Program-made: the position numbers and the translations under genes | Shown: positions 17,367-26,431 of the stretch, in pieces | Position numbering within the stretch: the stretch's first letter is position 1 | Layout of the letters: each line of letters begins with the position of its first letter | Notes under the pieces: generated by a model | Seen by the model: only the letters and a program-made list of their open reading frames with translations | The model's database searches: none | What the model was told of the DNA's origin: nothing | NCBI GenBank assembly: GCA_021650915.1 | Contig: CP091279.1 | Location: forward strand, 840,001-872,000 | Direction: 5' to 3' | DNA length: 32,000 bases | DNA from: Candidatus Brocadia sp. | Lineage (GTDB): Bacteria; Planctomycetota; Brocadiia; Brocadiales; Brocadiaceae

Positions 17367-18314
17367 ATGCAAATCAATTTTATCGAACGCAAAGGCCACG
17401 TCCTTACCCGATCTACCTTGAAATGCCTCAGTCAGGTGGCATCAATCAATCCAACCCTGGGGTGCATTCACCAGTGTGTCTATTGCTATGCGCGGGGTTA
17501 TTCGATGTATCCGGGCGATGGGAACGTGCTTGTTTACGGGAATATGCCTGAAAAATTGAAGCGAGAATTAACCACCCGCCGGAAGCTGCCCGACTATGTG
17601 TTTTTTAGCACCACCTGTGATGTCCTACAACCCATACCGCAGGTGCTCAGAGTAACCTATGAATTGATGAGCACCTTGCTTGAACATGGTGTCGGCATAA
17701 ATCTTCTTACCAAAGGCAGGATCCCTTTAAAATTTCTGGAGTTGTTCAGCCGGTACAGGAAATTGGTGCACATCCAGGTCGGTATTACTACCGTAGACCG
17801 GAATATTCAGAAGAAGATAGAACCGTTTGCAGCAACGCCACAGGAACGGCTGCTCAATATCAAACGACTCTGTGAGATAGGTATTGTGCCCGAAGTAAAA
17901 TTGGACCCATTGATCCCCGGCGTGACGGACACGGAGTCAAATGCGACGGCCTTATTCTGGGAGATTCAGGGATTTGGCATCCATTCCGCCTGCATGAATT
18001 ACCTGTTCCTGCGGCCGCAGATAAAAAAGAACCTGTGCAAGGCGCTGAGGAACACACCTTTTCTGCAAAAGATTCTGAGCTATTACCAAACCGGCATGCC
18101 CCTGAATTTGCTTGCAGAGCGATCCCGCGTGACCGCTCTAGCCGTGGAATACAGAAGGCAGGCGTATGAAAACATTTCACGATGGGCGAAGGATTTTGGG
18201 ATAGATGCCTATGTCTGTGGCTGCAAGAATCCCGATATTACCGGGGAGCCGCTGTGTGGCATGAACTGGGGTCAGCATTGTGAAAAGCATTTGGGGCAGA
18301 AGCAACTGTTTTAA
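17367..18314 (+). CDS. radical SAM protein (COG1533 / SplB-like)
   Basis: 315-aa ORF with the CxxxCxxC cluster as GCIHQCVYCYARGY near the N-terminus. The layout resembles spore-photoproduct-lyase-like or DNA-repair-photolyase radical SAM proteins. Confidence 0.85.
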   Translation: MQINFIERKGHVLTRSTLKCLSQVASINPTLGCIHQCVYCYARGYSMYPGDGNVLVYGNMPEKLKRELTTRRKLPDYVFFSTTCDVLQPIPQVLRVTYELMSTLLEHGVGINLLTKGRIPLKFLELFSRYRKLVHIQVGITTVDRNIQKKIEPFAATPQERLLNIKRLCEIGIVPEVKLDPLIPGVTDTESNATALFWEIQGFGIHSACMNYLFLRPQIKKNLCKALRNTPFLQKILSYYQTGMPLNLLAERSRVTALAVEYRRQAYENISRWAKDFGIDAYVCGCKNPDITGEPLCGMNWGQHCEKHLGQKQLF

Positions 18315-18499
18315 AGAAGGTGCTTATTAACCGTCTCATAATAGTATTGACATAGTAATGCCAATATGGTATCATGTATTTATGAAAAAGAATGATGCCA
18401 GACGGTTAGATCACAAAACGCTTACCGAGTTGAGAAAGCGTGCGGTAAATAGTGTGCAAGAAGGACAAAGTCCCGAGATAGTGGCAAAAGCCATAGGTA

Positions 18500-20348
18500 G
18501 TGTCTGAACGAAAACGCACTTTTTGTAAAAGTGCGAGGTCGATTTTCTATTTACCAATAGATAATTTTAAGATTTGAGATTAGGGTTTTTGGCAAAAATA
18601 CTGTTCTTTTACATATTTCCCTTGTTTTCCCCTTTATTTTAGCCTTGTCTGGGCGTACCTGCCTCCCGGCAGACTGTTTTTCTTCGTGTTTTTTGCTTGC
18701 TTAGGCGGCTTTTCGCAACTTTTCGCACTGCTTCCGTGCCTTCTCCTGCAGCACGTTTCCCAGCTTGTGCAAATTCGCAGCTAACACGCCCATTGCACAA
18801 TATCTTTTAAAGGCATGCAGCCCTTTGTCCGGACACCTATCCAAGCCGTGATGCTCCAAACGATTGATATCCGATTCTACCGCCGAGTGCTTGTGCCTTA
18901 GCTTCTTAAATGTCTTACCCGATTCCTCTTCCTGTTCCGCCTTATTCTTCTTGCCCTTCTTGGGAAGGATTACCTCTGGTATATACAAACTCAGCAACTC
19001 TTTATTCTCTTTCTTGTAAAAACCTTTATCAAAACTTATACTCTTTATTGTGCCTTCTCCGTAACGGCTCAACAACCTATCTGCCAATGGAATTACCAAC
19101 GATACATCCGCCTGTTTTTCTCCTACCACATGGTCCACGATGAAACCCCACTGATCGCTTGCTACCAGAATATTATGTCCCAACTCTACCCTTTTGTTTG
19201 ACTTGCCTTTGTACAGCCACTCCGTATGCGGCTCAAACAACGAATGAACCTTTTCTGCCGCCGGTATTACCTCATCCCGGATCACCCTTCTCTCCACCAG
19301 GTCTATCTGTTTATTCAACATCCCGTGAAAATACTCCAGTGTCCCTATTTTCCCTGCATGCTTGTCTACCTGGTTCGTCGTTAGCACCTTTTCGTAGATG
19401 GCTAACAGACTCGCTCCTATCTTTTCACTCAAACCCCTCGATAATTCCAAGTAACTCCTCACATGCTCTTCCTTGTTTTTCCCCCCGCTGCTTGACGCCT
19501 TTGCGCTTATCCTCATCAGCTTTTTTAACTCTCTCCTCCAATATTTGCTCTTGCGCCATCCTTTCCCCGCCAGGATGCCTTCCTCTATTGCATCCTCTAT
19601 CATGTCCAGACTCTTGCGTCCCGCATCCCACAATAAATTCATATCGGTCGGAAAGTGTACATTCGTCTCTAACACATACGTATCCACCTTAATACACAGT
19701 CCTTCGTCCTTTTTTTTAACCAACTGATGCCCCGATGATATCACCACTTCATTTATCTGCCTGAGGGTCTCCTCATCCAACAATCTTATATTGTCCTTGA
19801 TGCTCTGCATCGAAAAAACCTTCGCCTCTCCAAATGCCGTCTCAACCCCCATTATCTGCCTGATAAGTTTGTGATGGTTGGCAAAATCCTCCAACCTGTC
19901 ATAATCGGCATCTAACCCTAATCTTACCACCGACAACACCAAAATATGCCATAAATCCATCCCATATCTTCCCGTCTTTTTCTTCCCCTTCGTTACCTTC
20001 GCCTCTAATATCCGGAATACCTCCTCGTTCAACTCCGGTGTAACATAGATATGTTGCAACGCCCTCAGTATCGGTGGTAGCTCATCTCGACTCTTTATTG
20101 GCAGTTTTACCCCTGAAATGGGTATGATGCCAAGCTTCAATTGCTGCTCAAATCTCTTTCTCATCTTCTATCGAATGTCCTTTGGCTAGTGGGTTAATGA
20201 ACCGAATATTTGGACTCTTTATACCCAGAATCCCTTCATTTTCGCCATATTTTACCCTTTTACCCGAAAAAATTCAATGACTTTCATGAACATTTTTCAC
20301 CAGCTTCTCCTTACTTTACAGGGCTCTGGGGGGTTTCCGTTCAAACAC
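18500..20348 (-). mobile_element. IS element C (1849 bp), nested in IS630 copy 2
   Basis: The terminal inverted repeats are GTGTCTGAACGAAAACG and GTGTTTGAACGGAAACC (reverse complement). A 6-bp target duplication, TAGGTA, occurs at 18494-18499 and 20349-20354. Confidence 0.85.
18701..20164 (-). CDS. transposase of IS element C (IS5/ISNCY-like, family uncertain), apparently intact
   Basis: Uninterrupted 487-aa ORF. The N-terminus reads MRKRFEQQLKLGIIPI...KSRDELPPILRALQHIY...GRYGMDLWHILVL and the C-terminus reads HSAVESDINRLEHHGLDRCPDKGL...ANLHKLG. As I recall, proteins with this pattern are annotated as ISNCY-family transposases. Confidence 0.8.
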   Translation of the reverse strand: MRKRFEQQLKLGIIPISGVKLPIKSRDELPPILRALQHIYVTPELNEEVFRILEAKVTKGKKKTGRYGMDLWHILVLSVVRLGLDADYDRLEDFANHHKLIRQIMGVETAFGEAKVFSMQSIKDNIRLLDEETLRQINEVVISSGHQLVKKKDEGLCIKVDTYVLETNVHFPTDMNLLWDAGRKSLDMIEDAIEEGILAGKGWRKSKYWRRELKKLMRISAKASSSGGKNKEEHVRSYLELSRGLSEKIGASLLAIYEKVLTTNQVDKHAGKIGTLEYFHGMLNKQIDLVERRVIRDEVIPAAEKVHSLFEPHTEWLYKGKSNKRVELGHNILVASDQWGFIVDHVVGEKQADVSLVIPLADRLLSRYGEGTIKSISFDKGFYKKENKELLSLYIPEVILPKKGKKNKAEQEEESGKTFKKLRHKHSAVESDINRLEHHGLDRCPDKGLHAFKRYCAMGVLAANLHKLGNVLQEKARKQCEKLRKAA

Positions 20349-20627
20349 TAGGTATAAACCGTGTAACCATGTACGGTTGGTTGGCGCGGTATAACCGTGG
20401 TGGATGGGGAGCCTTGGATGCCCGTAAACGGGGAGGACGCCAACCCAGGCTTAATGCCAAGGCACTGCAATGGATATACAAGACGATAGTCGATAAAAAC
20501 CCTCTCCAGCTGAAATTTACCTTTGCGTTGTGGACATCAAAAATGATAGGGGAGTTGATCTATAAGCGTTTTGGTGTAAAACTGAGCAAGGCATCCGTAT
20601 GCCGTCTGTTAGCCCGAATGGGACTAA

Positions 20628-22633
20628 CCCGACTTTCGCAATTCGAGGGGTATACAACCCGCTAAGCCAGGAAAATCAAGGGGTCATGTAAAAAGGTCGG
20701 CACTACAGGCCGACCTGCCCGGATACGTAAACCTTGGGCGGCGGTTGTTCAGGAAGCGTTAATCCCAACTGCGCCAAAAGGAGTAAAACGTCCTTCTCCG
20801 GCTGGGTATAACGGCTCATGACAATATGACGGCCATCCGTGGTCGGTAAATGAACGTCTATCATTTGAATGCCCGACAGTTTTTCCAAAATCGCTTCAGA
20901 CGTCAGCCCTCCGGCCCTCCCCCGCGCAAGATTGCGCAGTGTCGTGTGGAGACAAAAAGCCAAAAAGGAAACAAAGATATGGGCTTCAATTCTCCGTTCC
21001 AATTGATGCCATAGGGGGCGGACGGAAAGAGACCCCTTCAAGTCCTTAAATGCCTGTTCTATCCGTGTCAACAGCAAATAATTTTCCCAGACGGTTTCTG
21101 GCGCGGTGGCCTGCATGTTGGAACGAAGCAAATAACGCCCTCGCGCCGATACGCCTGCCTCAGGCGTTCCCGATCCAAACTGAACCGGAACGTATTCTCA
21201 TTGACCGGTTCCTGCGGTTTGGGAATGGAGATCGTGACCAGTCTGTAGTCTCGTCCGGCTTCTTTCTTTAACGCGCCAATATGCATGAGCAGGTCATCGC
21301 GCGTGAGGGCTTTTCGATTGCGAAGTTCGCGCAGGCCCATCCACAAACGTCTGAGTCTGCGCCTACGCATGGCACGCTCCTTAGACACCCGGTCATGGCT
21401 TTCCACGTAAACGTAAAACTCCGATTCCTGCCGAAGAACTTTCACGCGGACACTCTCCCTCGCCTGCATCCAGGTTTGTTCGAGCAACGGTTTTTCTACT
21501 CGCGTCAAATGTCCCTTCGGAGTCCCAACCAAATAATCAATCCCTCGCTCACGCATCTTTTCCAACATCTCCTCCGTTGGAATACCTCTATCCATGAGCC
21601 AGGTGCGCCGGAATTTCCCATACTGCTTTTCAATCCGATCCAGAAATTCCTCCAGCGTTGCGGTGTCTCTGGTATTGCCCGGATACACTTCGTAGGCAAC
21701 GGGAAATCCTTCCGGCGTTAACACCAATGCCACTACCACCTGCACGCAATCCGAACGTTTGTCCCGACTATATCCAAACCGTTTCTTACTCCCCGATCCA
21801 GTCGGAGGTGGGTCACTTTCAAAATACGTACTCGTCAAATCATACAGCAGCACATCGTACTTCGCCCCAAAGAGCTTGCCCCACTTCTCCTTTAAATAGG
21901 CAAACAGCTCGTCCCGATGCTCAAGCAACAAATCCAAACAACGATACGCCTTGTCCTTCTGCGCCAGGGAATAATCCTCTCCCAGCAGATCGCCTGTTGC
22001 GCTGCGCACGTACCACTCACGGTGAAAACGAAATTCGCTTCCCGGATCGATCAACCGGTAACAGACAAGCGCCTTCAGCATATTCAACCAGCTTGTCCCC
22101 TTCCGGCTTGACGGCAGACGCATCCTCCAGAATGTGTCCAGTTCCAGCATATTCCATACATACAATCCCAACCAGCTTGCTCCCCACTCCCGTGGATGGC
22201 GCAGCTCTATTTTGTCCAACCTCACCCGAACTGTCTCACCATCCGGTATCGGCATGGCTTCCCGGTCATCCGGAAACAATGCCAGTTGTCTTGGTTTCGG
22301 TTCTTTACCCGACACCGCCTCTATCGTCCGAATCCACCCAGCCCGTTGATTGTCATTGAGTTCTCCCAAATAGAGAACCTGCCGTTGCACCACCCTTCTT
22401 CCGCTGACCCGGCGGTTCTCTACCACGCTCCAATAACGGTGGGTTTTCCCATCTTTCGTTCGTGTCTTTTCCCGGAGAAACATGCGAGCATTTTCGCACT
22501 TCCTCCTGCATGCGTCAAGAGGGTAGGTCGGCACTACAAGCCGTTTTGAAAATTCACCCCTTGAATATCACGGGTTTCCTGGCGACTCTTGCCCAAAAAT
22601 AAACTTTTTTGGGCGCGAATTGCGAAAGTCGGG
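20628..22633 (-). mobile_element. IS element D (about 2.0 kb, IS1634/IS4-like), nested in IS630 copy 2
   Basis: It has perfect 17-18 bp terminal inverted repeats, (C)CCGACTTTCGCAATTCG. A 4-5 bp target duplication, CTAA(C), occurs at 20624-20627 and 22634-22637. Confidence 0.85.
20703..22483 (-). pseudogene. IS1634/IS4-like DDE transposase, single frameshift
   Basis: ORF 21068..22534 probably starts at MFLREKTRTKDGKTHRYWSVVENRR (22483) and carries YDLTSTYFE and SRDKRSDCVQVV..GFPVAYEVYPGNTRD. It continues in another frame as ORF 20703..21131 (YLLRSNMQ...YLLLTRIEQAFKDLK..RPLWH). The break is near 21127-21135. Confidence 0.8.
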
Positions 22634-23285
22634 CTAACACCGCAACGTCCTCTATGGCGTGCTTACCAACAAAGGCCTGAAAAAGTCCAACAGTGGTTGA
22701 ATGAGGAGTATCCCAGGATCAAAAAGATGGCACAGGAGATGAAGGCACAGATATTTTTTGGTGATGAAGCAGGAGTTCGATCAGATCATCATGCAGGTAC
22801 TACCTGGGGAGTGAAAGGGAAGACTCCTATTGTGAGTAGTACCGGTGCACGTTTTGGGCTGAACATGATCTCGGCGGTGAGTGCGCAAGGCGAGTTTCGC
22901 TTTATGGTGGTGAAAGGGTGTGTCGGAGCGCGGCAGTTTATCAAGTTTATCAAGCGACTGATTCATGGTAGCAGTCGTACGGTCTTTTTGATTGTTGATG
23001 GCCATCCGGCACACAAGGCGCGTAGTGTTACCAAGTTTATTGAATCCATAAAGGAACGCTTTCGGTTATTCTTTTTGCCGCCGTATTCACCGGAGTTGAA
23101 TCCTGATGAGTGCGTTTGGAATGATGTTAAGAATAATGCAATTGGTCGACAAATTATTACCGATCCAAAGCAATTACAGAGGGCAGTAATAAAGCATTTG
23201 CGGTTTATCCAAAAAACACAGGATAGAGTGCGTGCTTATTTCAATAATAAAACAACGAGGTATGCTGCAGCATGTTAATATTATT

Positions 23286-23513
23286 ATGAGACGATTAATA
23301 ACAGGCGAAGAGATTGAACAAGCTATTTTAACCGGTGAAATAATTGAAAATTACCCCTCCGATAAATACGGACCGAGTTGCCTTGTATATGGAAAAACAG
23401 CTATGGGAAGAGCACTACACGTTCAAATAGCCCTTTTGCCAATTATAAGCATTGTAACTGTATATGAACCAGACCCGGAGCAATGGATTGATAATAGAAT
23501 AAGGAGAAAATAG
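23286..23513 (+). CDS. DUF4258 domain protein (putative toxin), N-terminus replaced or supplied by the IS630 end
   Basis: It reads ITGEEIEQAILTGEIIENYPSDKYGPSCLVYGKTAMGRALHVQIA...IVTVYEPDPEQWID, the typical DUF4258 pattern. The only nearby ATG (23286) and the first four codons lie inside the IS630 terminal repeat, which ends at 23298. Confidence 0.65.
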   Translation: MRRLITGEEIEQAILTGEIIENYPSDKYGPSCLVYGKTAMGRALHVQIALLPIISIVTVYEPDPEQWIDNRIRRK

Positions 23514-23516
23514 ATT

Positions 23517-23741
23517 ATGAATACATGTTCAGTATGTCAGGGGAAAACCACCCAGAAATATATTACGTACACTCAATGGTATCATGGGGAATTGGTTGCC
23601 GTGGAAAATGTCCCAGCAGAGGTATGTGAAAACTGTAATGAAGAATATTTTTCTCCAGAAACCGTTGACAAACTCCAAATTGCCATCGAACGGCATCGCT
23701 CATATAAAACTATTCAAGTGCCAGTATTTCAACTTTTGTAA
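23517..23741 (+). CDS. YgiT-type zinc-finger protein (MqsA-N-like putative antitoxin)
   Basis: 74-aa ORF with CSVCQG...(28 aa)...CENCNEEYFSPETVDKL. It starts 3 nt after the DUF4258 stop. Confidence 0.7.
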   Translation: MNTCSVCQGKTTQKYITYTQWYHGELVAVENVPAEVCENCNEEYFSPETVDKLQIAIERHRSYKTIQVPVFQLL

Positions 23742-24124
23742 TTAAGACACTTCAACGCAATATTCACAAATCGAGGCGCGACCCCACGACCCACCCCAAT
23801 CTGCCAGGTTTTTAACACAAACAGCAAGAATAAAGACCTGACCCCGTGCCTTTTTGTTAGAATTTGAATTTGTGAATACAATTTTTACGTAGGGCATGGC
23901 GCCGCCTGCCAGATCAAACCCGGCAAAATGTGAAGTAATGCAAGCACAACCCGCCGTTACCAAAATCCGTTCCATGCCAAGATCGTTCACAACCATTTCA
24001 TTCATTCCACATCCGTATAAATTACCCGCATGCATTCGAAATACGTGGTAGGCGATGCCTACCCTACCCGGCTCATTTTTTTCTAAAAGAAAAAAAGAAT
24101 TAAAAGTTCTTTAAAAAATCAAGA

Positions 24125-25369
24125 CTACAAAGCCATAGCCCAGGGGACATTTTTTGCCTTGAGATTTTGAATATGCACCGTTTCATCATAGGTTGTTCCC
24201 TGAGACCAAAGAGCAAAAAGGATTTTGATCCATTTTTTAGCGAGGTTGCGCAGGATGGTAGAATGATTTTGGTTTCTCTGCTTGTGGTAATCGTAGAATG
24301 CCCTTGCCCAGCGTGAGTGGTTGATACTGGTAAAAGCCCAATCACGAAATGTCCTTCTGAGGGGTTTTACGCAGGCGTAACGCAGAGATACCGTTCGCCA
24401 TTTTCCGCTTTCCCTGACAACCGGCACGCAACCGGAGAGTTTTGCAATTTCTGCAGATGCCTGGAAGCGGTGATGGCCGTCTTTGCTGTTTGGCCCAAGG
24501 ATTGCGACCAGTTCCGGCGCAAGACGTTCTCCCACGCCCGGCAAACTCTTGATCGGGGTTGATTCGGGAAGATGATCGAGGATATGCTGAATTTCTCGTT
24601 CATAATGGGTAATATGTTCTTTGAGATTTTCGAGTTGGCCGAGAAGCATTCCCAGTCGAAGTTTTCCGGAACGAGCGGTTACTTTATCCGGTTGGAGGGA
24701 AGGAGATTGAATGGTCTTCCAGAGTTCTTCGGCTTTGGCTGGATACGAGTAGCGATGTTTCCTGAGAAATGCAAGGAAGGTCTTTTTTTTGCAGGCGCTC
24801 AGGGTGTCGTGGTCGGGAAAGGCCTTGAGAAAGTCAATGAATATTTGTGAATTCAGGGAAAACATCTCCAGCGCCTTTGGATAGAATTCTTTCGAGCAGG
24901 AGATAACCTGGTTGAGAATTCTTGATTTTTCATCAACCGCCTTGCGAAGGTCGCCGCAAAGCCTGTCAAGAAGCCGGTAATCTTCGGGAAGGGGCATGAG
25001 CGGTCGAAACAGGTGTCGGTCGGTTCGCAGGAGATGACCGAGCGACAGGGCGTCGAGGACGTCCGATTTTGCCTTTGAAAGCACGTGCCGATCCTTATAC
25101 CGGTTGACTGCCTTTGGATTGATGGCATAGACGGTGTAGCCTTTCTGCAAGAGTTCGTGAAGGAGAAGTCCTCGGCTTGTCTCGATGGCGACTAATACGA
25201 GGCTGGGTGATGCCTGATGATGTGCGATGTGTGAATGAAGCAGGGCAAAGCCGTCACAGGTATGGTCAATCCGGAATTGATCGAGTGTTTTTGCTGAGTC
25301 ATCGGTAATAACGATATCGTGATGATCATCAGCCCAGTCAATACCAACATAAATCATTGTTTGTTCCAT
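24125..25369 (-). CDS. IS110-family transposase/recombinase (DEDD)
   Basis: The N-terminus reads IYVGIDWADDHHDIVITDD (RuvC-like DEDD) and the C-terminal region has LPGVGERLAPELVAILG. The start is chosen at MEQTMIYVG (25369), which lies 8 nt behind GGAAGGAG. The element ends are not determinable from a single copy. Confidence 0.9.
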   Translation of the reverse strand: MEQTMIYVGIDWADDHHDIVITDDSAKTLDQFRIDHTCDGFALLHSHIAHHQASPSLVLVAIETSRGLLLHELLQKGYTVYAINPKAVNRYKDRHVLSKAKSDVLDALSLGHLLRTDRHLFRPLMPLPEDYRLLDRLCGDLRKAVDEKSRILNQVISCSKEFYPKALEMFSLNSQIFIDFLKAFPDHDTLSACKKKTFLAFLRKHRYSYPAKAEELWKTIQSPSLQPDKVTARSGKLRLGMLLGQLENLKEHITHYEREIQHILDHLPESTPIKSLPGVGERLAPELVAILGPNSKDGHHRFQASAEIAKLSGCVPVVRESGKWRTVSLRYACVKPLRRTFRDWAFTSINHSRWARAFYDYHKQRNQNHSTILRNLAKKWIKILFALWSQGTTYDETVHIQNLKAKNVPWAMAL

Positions 25370-25594
25370 GGTATGGTCTCCTTCCATGAAAAGGTGTTTG
25401 TGGATGCCCGGAAAGAGCGGACTATTTCTGTTACCCGTTGATAGCCTTACATGGACTTTTTCAGAACATTCTATTGATCATACGGTTGCAGAAATCGGCA
25501 CAGGGAAGATGAGTATGGTCTACGCGAGGTCATCGTGTGACAGGGTGGGCGAGACTCTATCTTCCTGTGCTCTTTCAGAGACAATTTTTCGGGC

Positions 25595-25653
25595 GGGAAG
25601 GAGCGGTTAACTCCAGTCGTCCTACGGACTCCTTCCGTTAACCGCTCCTTCCC
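25595..25653. repeat. perfect 17-bp inverted repeat hairpin upstream of the IS110 recombinase
   Basis: GGGAAGGAGCGGTTAAC (25595-25611) and GTTAACCGCTCCTTCCC (25637-25653) are separated by 25 nt. That spacer contains a small GTCC-GTA-GGAC hairpin. Confidence 0.8.
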
Positions 25654-25797
25654 ACAATACTGCTAACTATTTTAGTTAACTCTTATAATATTTCAATGAA
25701 TTATAGACACCTTAACATATAAGGGTGGGCAGTGCCCACCATTTTCCTCTGAAGCCTGCGGCTTCCTTCAATTTTTGCAAATAAAAAAGCCTTACTG

Positions 25798-25845
25798 CAA
25801 AAATATTCATTTTGAACATCTTCGGCAGTAAGGCTGTCTTTTTGG
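25798..25845. terminator. possible bidirectional hairpin terminator
   Basis: An 11-bp stem, AGCCTTACTGC / GCAGTAAGGCT, is flanked by an A-run on the left and TGTCTTTTT on the right. The 26-nt loop is unusually large for an intrinsic terminator. Confidence 0.3.
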
Positions 25846-26120
25846 GATTATAGAGGGCGCATGTCATCTGTCTGTGCGGTGCACGCAGACGAGTACGCCC
25901 CTGCAAAAGACCCTGTTACTTTGCGTCCCCGGATCACTCCGGGTTTGCCCTTATCGTAATATTTTCTCTGTAGCCCTGGCTATTACGGCGTTTGGCTGGG
26001 CATATTGCCATATGTGATAATACTTGTCAAGAATAAAATTTGCAGAAAAATATTTTCTGATAATTTTCCTGGCCCACGATTCCTGAAAATGGGGTTATTT
26101 CATTGAAAGGAGTTTTTACA

Positions 26121-26190
26121 GCGCAGCACAGCCGCAGCCAGAAAAGTTTAACCACAAAGATTAAAAAGAAAATCTTACAGAAAAAAGAGG
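26121..26190 (+). repeat. dispersed ~70-90 bp repeat, copy 2
   Basis: GCGCAGCACAGCCGCAGCCAGAAAAGTTTAACCACAAAGATTAAAAAGAAAATCTTACAGAAAAAAGAGG aligns with the reverse complement of 7184-7275. Confidence 0.7.
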
Positions 26191-26431
26191 TTTTATAGAG
26201 TAAGACGATTACGCGGCAAAGTCAGAAATGATATGGAGCGGGAGCGGGGACACCGTATAAGGGAGAACTGTTCTGATGGGCCAGACGTTTTGCATGGCAT
26301 GCCTGGGCGTGGACTCGTGCAATAATGTGAAATCATGCCAAACGTTTGGTTCAATCGCGGACGATTGAACCAGCTAATTGACCAGCTAAAGGCTGAAGCC
26401 TGCGGCTTCGCTTTTCTTTCTTCTGCTGGGC

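Larger units (their letters stand above)
18382..23278 (+). pseudogene. IS630-family DDE transposase, split into three pieces by nested IS
   Basis: The first piece, MKKNDARRLDH...VAKAIG, ends at 18499. The second (INRVTMYGW...LLARMGLT) spans 20355-20627 and the third (PQRPLWRAYQQ...RYAAAC*) spans 22638-23278. Joined, they give a 343-aa protein almost identical to copy 1. Confidence 0.85.
18327..23298 (+). mobile_element. IS630-family element, copy 2 (1107 bp, interrupted by two nested IS)
   Basis: It has the same terminal repeats as copy 1 and is flanked by TA at 18325-26 and 23299-300. IS630 segments are 18327-18499, 20355-20627 and 22638-23298. Confidence 0.9.

Noticed and set aside
19159-22359. 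Long ORFs antisense to the IS-C and IS-D transposases (19159..19692, 21281..21721, 21658..22359, 22196..22549)
   Set aside because: They are shadow ORFs opposite well-supported transposase genes, with biased S/P/L-rich sequences and no motifs.
23742-24035. 97-aa minus-strand ORF, and a 10-bp inverted repeat ATTCACAAAT/ATTTGTGAAT (23765-23774 / 23866-23875) considered as an attC after the YgiT gene
   Set aside because: The ORF has no recognisable motifs and covers repeat-like sequence. The inverted repeat lacks RYYYAAC/GTTRRRY boxes at the right spacing and could be chance at this window size.
7184-26423. Scattered hairpins and short repeats considered as a CRISPR array
   Set aside because: There is no regular repeat-spacer periodicity anywhere. 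The repeats are single or paired copies, kilobases apart, in mixed orientation.
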